Part shown: positions 8,154-15,357 of the stretch, piece by piece
How positions within the stretch are numbered: the first letter of the stretch is position 1
Layout: every line of letters starts with the position of its first letter
Assembly: GCA_013390375.1 (NCBI GenBank)
Contig: JACATA010000005.1
Location: 23,856-47,855 of the forward strand
From: Marine Group I thaumarchaeote
GTDB taxonomy: Archaea > Thermoproteota > Nitrososphaeria > Nitrososphaerales > Nitrosopumilaceae
DNA: 24,000 bases
Reading direction: 5' to 3'
The notes under the pieces: model-generated
What the model was told of the DNA's origin: nothing
Databases searched by the model: none
Seen by the model: only the letters and a program-made list of their open reading frames with translations
Translations under genes and position numbers: made by a program

Positions 8154-8810
8154 ATGTGCATAACTGTCAAACAAATGATGCAGATTGAGGAAAATGGTCA
8201 TCAGATGGGATTTTTGAGAAAATTTATGATGGAAAATGCTGGTGCGGCAACAGCGAAAAGACTGGTAGAAAAATTTGGAGATGTAAAATCAAAAAGAGTT
8301 TTGGTTTTTGGTGGGCTTGGAAATAACGGTGGTGATGGTTTAGTAATTGCACGACATTTGGCAGGATACGGATCAAGCGTAACTGTTTTTCTTTTGGGCA
8401 AGCCTAATAATATTAGATCAGAAGAATGTTCATGGAACTGGAATTTGTTAGAAAAAATGGAATCAATAAAATTACTTACTGATGGAAATCTTGAGCATCT
8501 TAACAATTTAGATAAATTTGATATAATAGTTGATGGAATTTTAGGAACTGGTATTTCAGGTGAAATAAGGGAGCCTCATGCATCTGCTATTACGTTTATC
8601 AGTAAATCAAATGCATTCAAAGTAGCTGTTGATGTTCCATCTGGTCTTAATCCTGATACAGGTGAAACCAACCAAGCATGTGTAAAGGCTGACATGACAG
8701 TTACGTTTCATAGAATGAAGGTTGGCATGCCAAAAAGAACAGACGTTTGCGGAGAAATTTACGTTGAAAAAATTGGGATACCTCTAGAGGCAGAGATTGG
8801 TGTTCTATGA
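8154..8810 (+). CDS. nnrE: NAD(P)H-hydrate epimerase (YjeF N-terminal domain only)
   Basis: 218 aa with GGLGNNGGDGLVIARHL and DGILGTGISG motifs. There is no fused carbohydrate-kinase (NnrD) domain. Confidence 0.85.
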   Translation: MCITVKQMMQIEENGHQMGFLRKFMMENAGAATAKRLVEKFGDVKSKRVLVFGGLGNNGGDGLVIARHLAGYGSSVTVFLLGKPNNIRSEECSWNWNLLEKMESIKLLTDGNLEHLNNLDKFDIIVDGILGTGISGEIREPHASAITFISKSNAFKVAVDVPSGLNPDTGETNQACVKADMTVTFHRMKVGMPKRTDVCGEIYVEKIGIPLEAEIGVL

Positions 8811-9418
8811 AGGTGTATCAAATTCCAGTGGGTCCAATGCAGAATTTTTCATACATTGTTGAAGACGAATCTACACATGAGGCAATTGTGATTGATCCAT
8901 CGTGGGATTTGGAAAAGTTAACTGAAATTATCACCGAACAAAATCTCAATCCCAAGTATATCGTTAATACTCATTGGCATGATGACCATACCAGAGGAAA
9001 TGAGGAATTGGCAAAAGAACTTAGTGTAAAGATTGTTCAGCATAATGCATCACAACTAAAAAATGACTTGACGGTTTCAGATGGAGATTCTATAAAATTT
9101 GGCTGTTCTGAACTTGCTGTATATCACACACCCGGACATTCAAAAGACAGCATTTGTCTTGTGGGTGATGGAAAAATTTTTTCAGGTGATACTTTGTTTG
9201 TAGGAAACTGTGGCCGAATTGATTTGCCAGGAGGAAGTGCAAGGGAACTTTATCACAGTTTGGCTGATGTTGTTGCAAATCTTAGTGATGATCTGGTTTT
9301 GTATCCAGGTCATGATTATGGCTCATCTCCAACATCCACTATTGGAAGCGAAAAAAGAACAAACTTTGTAATGCAAAATGTCTCGGAGGCAGAATTTGTT
9401 GAACGAATGGGTGGTTAA
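8807..9418 (+). CDS. MBL-fold metallo-hydrolase (glyoxalase II-like)
   Basis: 203 aa with the HxHxDH motif (THWHDDH), then HTPGHS, GDTLF and PGHDYG. Its ATG overlaps the nnrE stop (ATGA). Confidence 0.85.
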   Translation: MKVYQIPVGPMQNFSYIVEDESTHEAIVIDPSWDLEKLTEIITEQNLNPKYIVNTHWHDDHTRGNEELAKELSVKIVQHNASQLKNDLTVSDGDSIKFGCSELAVYHTPGHSKDSICLVGDGKIFSGDTLFVGNCGRIDLPGGSARELYHSLADVVANLSDDLVLYPGHDYGSSPTSTIGSEKRTNFVMQNVSEAEFVERMGG

Positions 9419-9445
9419 CTACGTCTGATATCAAAATTCATTGCA

Positions 9446-10485
9446 ATGAGGAAAAAGGACAAAAATTCATAAAAGATATTGAGCAGAAGAAGTTTCTTTT
9501 TTCATTTGTAATTTCCTATACAGAAACATGTGAAATTCCTGGAATCACGGTGGCTGGGGCTGATGCAGATTTCATCAAATTTACTCCGCCTGCAGACGCG
9601 GAATTTCTTCACTATGGATCCTGTAAAAGCATAGACATGATTCCAATGACACCTGATGGAAAACCTACACCTGCTCTTCTGACCAAGGCAGCTCTGGAAT
9701 CAGCAAGCATCCCACAAGTAATTATTAATGCTGGAAGCAAAATTTCTCCAAAACTTCCATATTTTCACACTGGTGTCACTTATGGTAAAAATATAGCCAT
9801 AGAGCCTGGACTTGAACAGTCTAATGTTGTACACGCTATTGACTATGGTAGGATACTTGGCAGAACATTGGCTTCATGCACTGATTGCCTTATAATTGGT
9901 GAAAGTATTCCTGCGGGAACAACTACTGCACTTGCTGTTTTGAAAAGTTTGGGAATCGACGCACATGTAAGCTCAAGCATGCCCAAAAACCCTAAATCAC
10001 TAAAAAATGGAGTTGTTGAAAAAGCACTAGAGCGTTCTGATTCTAAAGAACCATATGATGTAATAGCAAATGCCGGTGATCCAATGATACCGTTTGTTGC
10101 AGGCATGCTAAGCACAGCTTCCGAGATTACAAACGTAATTCTAGCAGGAGGTACTCAGATGGCTGCAGTTCTTGCTATAGCAAAATCAACAGGATATGAT
10201 GAAAACAGAGTTGCAATAGGAACTACGTCTTACATAATTGATGATAAAGATGCAAACTTGTTGGATATGGTAAAATCAATTTCTGACATTCCTGTATTAT
10301 CTATAAACCCAAAATTGGAGGATTCAAAGTTTGATGGTTTACGTGCTTATTCAAAAGGATTTGTAAAGGAAGGAGTTGGGGCTGGTGGAAGCATGATTGC
10401 TTCAATTCTCAAAACTGGTATAGATTCAAAAAAATTGTTAAAACTGATTGATAAAGAGTATTCACGAGTTACTACTTCACAGTAA
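9446..10485 (+). CDS. cobT: Archaeal CobT-like protein (UPF0284; nicotinate-nucleotide-dimethylbenzimidazole phosphoribosyltransferase family); start unresolved or frameshifted
   Basis: The track ORF (GTG 9550) matches the archaeal CobT family (GESIPAGTTTA, ILAGGTQMAAVLA, KEGVGAGG). The same frame stays open back to 9403 and encodes the conserved N-terminus (KFIKDIEQKKFLFSFVISYTETCEIPGITVAGA) without any ATG, GTG or TTG. ATG 9446 is one base out of frame across the A5 run at 9452-9456. Confidence 0.8.
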
Positions 10486-12226
10486 CAGACTTTGCTAGAT
10501 TTCTTGGGTAGTCAGGGTTAGTTTTCTTTTCTAATGCAGAATAATATGCCAAAAGTTGAATGGGAATAATTTCAATTATTGGATATAATGATTCATCAAT
10601 TGTAGGGATCTCAACCCAATAATCATAGACGTCACTTTCTTTATCTGATATTCCAATAATTTTTGCGCCCCTCGCTTTAATTTCATGGGCAGTGTTCAAC
10701 GTGTCATTATAGGTTGAGTCATTTGGATTAATTATTATCACATAGACATTTGAATCCATTAAAGCCAATGGTCCATGCTTTAGCTCTCCCCCTGCTATGG
10801 CTTCTGCATGAATGTACGAAAGTTCTTTCAGTTTTAGAGCGGCCTCTCTGGCAATTGGAAGATGAATTCCTCTTCCAAGGACGTAAATGTCTGATACTTC
10901 CTTAAGATCTTTTGCTATTTCTTTTATCTTTGAATGATTTGACAGAATCTGGGAAACCATCGATGAAACTTTTTCCCAATCTGGATTAATACAACCATTA
11001 CACAGTTTATCAGTAATTTTGTATAGTATTGTAAGTTGTGACGTAAAGCTCTTTGTTGCAGCAACTCCAATTTCCGGTCCACAGTTTAATCCAATTACTA
11101 ATGATGATTCTTGTGAAAGTGATGAGTTTAGATGATTTACAATCGACAAAATACTTGCATTTGATTCTTTAGCAATTTTGACAGCTTCTAACACATCAGC
11201 ACTTTCACCACTTTGTGAAATAGCAACAAGTGTTGAATTCTGTTCAATATCATCTGGCGAAAATGCCAATTCACTTGCAATCACGGTATTTATCTTAATT
11301 TTTGCAAATTTTGACATAAGATATTTTGCTATTTCAGCCGCATTGTAACTAGTTCCACTCCCAGTAATGTACAAATTTTTTGCTTGCTTGACACCGTCAA
11401 CAAATTGCTGAATTTGATCGTTGTTTCCTGCTTGTAATATTGAATCCGGCTGTTCTGAAATTTCCTTTATGGTAAAATGTGCATAATCTCCCTTGTAAAC
11501 ATCTGCAAATTCTTTTGAAACTTTTGTAATTTGATATTTGACAGACGAGCCATCAAAACCAAAAATATGTATTCCAGCATCATTAAGAATTACAAAATCT
11601 TCATTATCTAGGTAAATTGCATCATCTGTTTTTTCTATGAAACCCAGTACATCACTAGACAAATAGTAGCTATTCTTTCCTACTCCCACAATTAGTGGTT
11701 CATGAAATCGTGCACCAACAATAGTACCATCTTCAAAAATTACAACAAAAGAATAGTGTCCCTTCAGTTGCGCAACTGTTTTAATAATGGCCTGTTTGAC
11801 ATCTGGGGCTTCATCAAAATTTAGTTGAATCAGATTAGCAATAACTTCCGTGTCAGTTTCACTATGAAAATCAAAACCTTTTTTTTGTAAATTTGATTTT
11901 AATTCTTCAAAATTTTCAATGATTCCATTGTGAACAATTGCAATTTTACCAGAATTACTTGAATGTGGATGTGCATTTTGTTCAGTTACTTTACCGTGTG
12001 TTGCCCACCGTGTGTGGCCTATGCCAATGTTGCCAGGAAGCTTATCAAGTTGTATAGCATTATTTACCTCTACAACCTTTCCAACTCCTTTTCTAAGCAG
12101 AATCTGATTTTTTGATTTGGTTGCAATACCCACACTATCATAACCCCTATACTCCATCCTTTGTAATCCATTGACTAGGATTGGTGCTGCAGAATTCTTT
12201 CCGCGGTAGCCAATAATTGAACACAT
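10472..12226 (-). CDS. glmS: Glutamine--fructose-6-phosphate aminotransferase (isomerising)
   Basis: 584 aa with the N-terminal nucleophile MCSIIGY, two SIS domains and the C-terminal LAKSVTVK. Its 3' end overlaps the cobT 3' end by 14 nt (convergent). Confidence 0.93.
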   Translation of the reverse strand: MCSIIGYRGKNSAAPILVNGLQRMEYRGYDSVGIATKSKNQILLRKGVGKVVEVNNAIQLDKLPGNIGIGHTRWATHGKVTEQNAHPHSSNSGKIAIVHNGIIENFEELKSNLQKKGFDFHSETDTEVIANLIQLNFDEAPDVKQAIIKTVAQLKGHYSFVVIFEDGTIVGARFHEPLIVGVGKNSYYLSSDVLGFIEKTDDAIYLDNEDFVILNDAGIHIFGFDGSSVKYQITKVSKEFADVYKGDYAHFTIKEISEQPDSILQAGNNDQIQQFVDGVKQAKNLYITGSGTSYNAAEIAKYLMSKFAKIKINTVIASELAFSPDDIEQNSTLVAISQSGESADVLEAVKIAKESNASILSIVNHLNSSLSQESSLVIGLNCGPEIGVAATKSFTSQLTILYKITDKLCNGCINPDWEKVSSMVSQILSNHSKIKEIAKDLKEVSDIYVLGRGIHLPIAREAALKLKELSYIHAEAIAGGELKHGPLALMDSNVYVIIINPNDSTYNDTLNTAHEIKARGAKIIGISDKESDVYDYWVEIPTIDESLYPIIEIIPIQLLAYYSALEKKTNPDYPRNLAKSVTVK

Positions 12227-12271
12227 TTTAATTCTTAAGAGATTAGATTTTTGTCTGTTGATAAGCTTAAC

Positions 12272-12892
12272 TTATGATTTTTCAGTTGATTCTTTCCGTA
12301 CATCTTGTTTAACTGACGATTCTTCACTTTTAGATTGATCACTGGTCTCAGACTCTAGGTTTTCTGTTTCAGTACTCCCTAAATCTGATTCTGGTTTGGA
12401 TAATGTTTCATTAAAGCGTGATTCAGGGATTAAGTGAATCTTTGCTTCTTCCTCAGTTTTAACAACATATGATGGAATTGTAACAACACTATCTCCAATC
12501 ATTACATGCCCGTGGACAATTGCCTGCCGTGCTTGATATGGAGTTTTAAAATAGAGTTTTTTCTGCGCCATGGTTTGTAAACGACGTGACAATAAATCGG
12601 TAACTTGTAGGTTTAGCACATCATCCAAAGTTGAATTTTGATCCACTAATCCAATTTTTGAGAGTGATTGTATTAGTATAGGTTCTTTTCTCTTTCTATC
12701 TTCTTGTCTTAAAGCAAGTAGAGAACGCGCATGTAACCTTACCCTTGATAACTCAGTTTGAGTTTTCCATAATTCTCGTTTTGTTTTTAACCCAAATGCG
12801 CCAAGAGTTTTTAATTCATCCATCAAAAGATCATAATTAAGTGGACGCTTAGGTTTCTTCCAAACTCTTCTTGGTGTTTTAGGATCTCCCAT
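12272..12892 (-). CDS. rps4: 30S ribosomal protein S4 (uS4) with an acidic Ser/Glu-rich C-terminal tail
   Basis: N-terminal MGDPKTPRRVWKKPKRPL and an S4 RNA-binding domain (RQAIVHGHVMIGDSVV). The last 40 or so residues are low complexity (SKPESDLGSTETENLESETSDQSKSEESS...). Confidence 0.92.
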   Translation of the reverse strand: MGDPKTPRRVWKKPKRPLNYDLLMDELKTLGAFGLKTKRELWKTQTELSRVRLHARSLLALRQEDRKRKEPILIQSLSKIGLVDQNSTLDDVLNLQVTDLLSRRLQTMAQKKLYFKTPYQARQAIVHGHVMIGDSVVTIPSYVVKTEEEAKIHLIPESRFNETLSKPESDLGSTETENLESETSDQSKSEESSVKQDVRKESTEKS

Positions 12893-12901
12893 CTAAACCA
12901 T

Positions 12902-13528
12902 CTATTTCTTTTTATCAGCTGGGGGTGTTTCCTTCTTTCCAGTTGCAGGTGCTTCCTTCTTTCCAGTTGCAGGTGCTTCCTTCTTTTCTGAACCCTCTTT
13001 AGCTTCAGTTGCTGGTTCTGTTCCTTCTGCACCAGCTGTTGGTTCTCCTTCAACAGCTTCTCCTGCTCGTGCTGGCATTATTTTGCCTCCTTTGGCAACA
13101 CCAACTGCTCCACCTTTTCTACCAGTACATCTGGTACGCTGGCCTCTAACTTTTAATCCAAACATGTGACGAATTCCTCGCCAGCTACCACTCGTTTTCT
13201 CTCTTTCAACATCATTTCTGACTGTAAATGCGATATCAGAAGTTATCAAATGCTTATCTTCACCTGTTTCAACATCTTTCCTTCTGTTTAAAAACCAAGA
13301 TGGAAAATTAGACGCTGATGGATTTTTTATAATACTTTCAATTGATTTAACCTGTTCTGATGACAAATAGCCAATTCTTTGATCAGGATTTATTTTTAAA
13401 AGGTTTAAGATTGTATTTGCAAACATGTAACCAACACCTCTTATTTGGGTCAGTCCAACTACCATTTTTCTCTCTCCGGGAATGTCATTTCCAACGATCC
13501 TTACTAAATACTGATATTCAACGGTCAA
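12902..13528 (-). CDS. rps13: 30S ribosomal protein S13 (uS13) with a Lys/Glu/Ala/Pro-rich C-terminal extension
   Basis: Conserved core: [42 protein letters not shown] start at 13528; a stop lies 2 codons upstream and the next ATG is inside the conserved core. About 58 extra C-terminal residues end in [27 protein letters not shown]. Confidence 0.92.
   Translation of the reverse strand: MTVEYQYLVRIVGNDIPGERKMVVGLTQIRGVGYMFANTILNLLKINPDQRIGYLSSEQVKSIESIIKNPSASNFPSWFLNRRKDVETGEDKHLITSDIAFTVRNDVEREKTSGSWRGIRHMFGLKVRGQRTRCTGRKGGAVGVAKGGKIMPARAGEAVEGEPTAGAEGTEPATEAKEGSEKKEAPATGKKEAPATGKKETPPADKKK
12929..12986. repeat. 24-bp perfect tandem repeat, about 2.4 copies, inside the rps13 3' end
   Basis: TTCCTTCTTTCCAGTTGCAGGTGC occurs at 12929-12952 and again at 12953-12976, followed by a 10-nt partial copy. 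On the coding strand it encodes the APATGKKE repeats. Confidence 0.85.
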
Positions 13529-13624
13529 GTATCAAGATTTTCAGTGTCCCCGATAAAAACCCTGCTGAGTACCTGAATTATTTTGATATGACTTATGGAT
13601 AGAATTATAATTTTGTATATTAAG

Positions 13625-13951
13625 ATGAAGAACATGTCAAATGATGCTTCAAATGAAAGCGAGAAAATTCTAGAATCATTATTCGAACCTGTCAACGCTG
13701 AAATTCTAGTAGAATTAAAGGACGGTCCAAAACTACTATCAGTTCTTACGAAAAAAATTGCTATTTCGAAAGAAAAACTTGATGAAAAATTATCATATTT
13801 AATTGAAAAAGGTTTTGTAAGTAAAAACGAAAAAAATGATGATGTTTCTTATTCACTTGATACTGAAAAGCTGTCAAAATTTCTAGAGAATGATGATAAT
13901 TTTAAAAACATTGATGATGGACTAGCAAAGCTTGACAGTTTCCTTAACTAA
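13625..13951 (+). CDS. Small acidic winged-helix (ArsR/TrmB-like) protein, function unknown
   Basis: EPVNAEILVELKDGPKLLSVLTKKIAISKEKLDEKLSYLIEKGFVSK...VSYSL follows the wHTH pattern (helix-turn-helix then a beta wing). The track start at 13595 is probably too long. An ATTATAATTTT box at 13603-13614 lies about 25 nt upstream of ATG 13625/13634. Confidence 0.5.
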   Translation: MKNMSNDASNESEKILESLFEPVNAEILVELKDGPKLLSVLTKKIAISKEKLDEKLSYLIEKGFVSKNEKNDDVSYSLDTEKLSKFLENDDNFKNIDDGLAKLDSFLN

Positions 13952-13993
13952 TGGAATTTTTAAATTGAACTAAAAATTAACAAATAAAACTAC

Positions 13994-14001
13994 TTTTTTT
14001 T
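13994..14001 (+). terminator. Oligo-T tract (T8), candidate archaeal terminator for the wHTH gene
   Basis: The T8 run lies 43 nt downstream of the stop at 13951, in a 95-nt spacer. Confidence 0.3.
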
Positions 14002-14046
14002 CTGATTAATACATAAATACCCTAAAAATGTCGTAGCTTTGTAGGC

Positions 14047-14990
14047 ATGAAACTCTCGGGAAAATTCTTTTTAGCATTTTTATCTCTTTCACTTTTATCG
14101 TATGGAATATCTGGCGCAGCATATGCTGACGGACATGCAGCAGTAGCACCTCTTTCTGTTACAACAAATAAGGAATTTTATGTAGAGGGTGCCACAATTA
14201 CTATTTCAGGATTTGTTAAAGATTTTGATGCGTCAGATCCACAGAAAAGTGTTGATGTTTTAATTACAATCATTGCACCAAATGGGAATCTTGTAACAGT
14301 TCTTCAAATAACACCCAACTCAGATGGAAATTATTCCAGCGATATCTACCCGTACCACTTAAAGCTGGTGGTATGATTAGTGCTGAAGGTGATTATACTG
14401 TTAAAGCAAAGTGGGGCGCACAATCAAACCAAACTGAGTTCAAGTTTGGTGGTAGTTCTGCTGCAGCTGAACCAGAAGTAACAGAACCAGAAGTTGAGCC
14501 AGAACCAGAAGTTGAGCCAGAACCAGAAGTTGAGCCAGAACCAGAAGCAACTCAACCTGTTTGTGGACCTGGTACTGTGTTAAAAAATGGACTTTGTGTA
14601 GCTGAACAACAACAGGGAGGCGGTGGATGTTTAATTGCAACTGCCGCATTTGGTTCTGAAATGGCACCACAAATACAATTCCTTAGAGAAATTCGTGATA
14701 ATACTGTACTTCAAACAGAATCAGGAACTAGCTTCATGGCAGGTTTCAACCAGTTCTACTATTCGTTCAGTCCAGCAATAGCTGACTATGAAAGGGAGAA
14801 TCCAGTCTTCAAGGAAGCTGTGAAACTAACGCTGACCCCACTTCTTACATCATTGACATTATTGCAATATGCTGACATTGATTCTGAATCTGAGATGCTT
14901 GGATATGGTATTGGTGTCATATTGCTAAACATTGGAATGTATTTCGTTGCACCTGCTGTTGTTATATTTAAAATAAAAAATAGGAAATAA
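14047..14990 (+). pseudogene. Exported surface protein split by a 1-nt frameshift. Layout: signal peptide, beta-rich domain, EPEPEV linker, Cys-box module, C-terminal TM helix.
   Basis: Track ORFs 14047-14376 and 14373-14990 are two halves of one domain. The second frame is already open upstream and reads PVPLKAGGMISAEGDYTVKAKWG. Joining at the CCC run (14349-14351) gives ...NSDGNYSSDIYPVPLKAGGMISAEGDYTVKAKW..., which parallels TDGTFVASFYATGTKWKDEGTYTVRAQY in the PEFG protein at 22743-23576. The N-terminus MKLSGKFFLAFLSLSLLSYGISGAAYA is a signal peptide. Confidence 0.65.
14469..14549. repeat. 18-bp tandem repeat (GAACCAGAAGTTGAGCCA, 3 perfect copies with degenerate flanks) encoding an EPEVEP linker
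   Basis: Perfect copies lie at 14484-14501, 14502-14519 and 14520-14537. A degenerate copy precedes them (14469-14483) and a partial copy follows (14538-14549). Confidence 0.85.
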
Positions 14991-15029
14991 TCTCTACGTT
15001 CTTATAGTTTATCAAATTCATGAAACTTG

Positions 15030-15353
15030 ATGGATATAGAATTTGAGGAATTTGATTCCATTGAAGATATATTTCTGTATATGGCTTCTATTGCTCCACC
15101 GATGAAAAATTATTTGCCAATTAATTCTTACAAAGGATATATTTGCTCTATTATACCGCTGAGCCACTCAGAAACTGGAACCTATCTAATGATTTTTACA
15201 AAGGGCACGTTGGAAAATGGAATTTTGGAATTTGACATAAATACTAAAAGTTACAAAAAGGTTGAATCAATAGAAAGAGCTGATAAAACATATTTCATAG
15301 TCATGTCTCCAAAAAGAAACACTATAGCTGATGCAGCAATAGAAAAATTATAA
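15030..15353 (+). CDS. Hypothetical protein (about 107 aa, acidic N-terminus)
   Basis: ORF with no motif I recognise. A TTATAGTTTA box at 15002-15011 lies about 24 nt upstream of ATG 15030. Its stop is 4 nt from the stop of the convergent radical SAM gene. Confidence 0.45.
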   Translation: MDIEFEEFDSIEDIFLYMASIAPPMKNYLPINSYKGYICSIIPLSHSETGTYLMIFTKGTLENGILEFDINTKSYKKVESIERADKTYFIVMSPKRNTIADAAIEKL

Positions 15354-15357
15354 TCTA

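Noticed and set aside
8807-10485. Possible MBL-hydrolase/CobT fusion protein produced by read-through at 9416
   Set aside because: The MBL frame ends in TAA and the cobT frame is offset from it. Slipping back 1 nt at the end of the MBL gene runs into a stop at 9423-9425. No known family has this fusion.
12823-13053. 76-aa minus-strand ORF with a repeated [24 protein letters not shown] motif, spanning the rps13/rps4 junction
   Set aside because: It is an alternative frame of the rps13 tail. Its internal repeat is simply the 24-bp tandem repeat read out of frame, and it overlaps two ribosomal protein genes.
13912-14004. Candidate C/D-box sRNA: a UGAUGA at about 13912 and a CUGA at 14001-14004
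   Set aside because: The boxes are about 90 nt apart, whereas archaeal C/D sRNAs are about 50-60 nt. There are no internal C'/D' boxes or terminal stem, and the UGAUGA lies inside the wHTH coding sequence. It is most likely coincidental in AT-rich sequence.
12929-14549. Tandem repeats considered as a possible CRISPR array or minisatellite element
   Set aside because: The units are directly adjacent with no spacers, are only 18 and 24 bp long with about 2.4-3 perfect copies each, and are in frame within coding sequence. No cas genes are present.
14440-14670. 76-aa antisense ORF with LLVLAQ repeats
   Set aside because: It is the reverse-complement reading of the EPEVEP 18-bp repeat and is not an independent gene.
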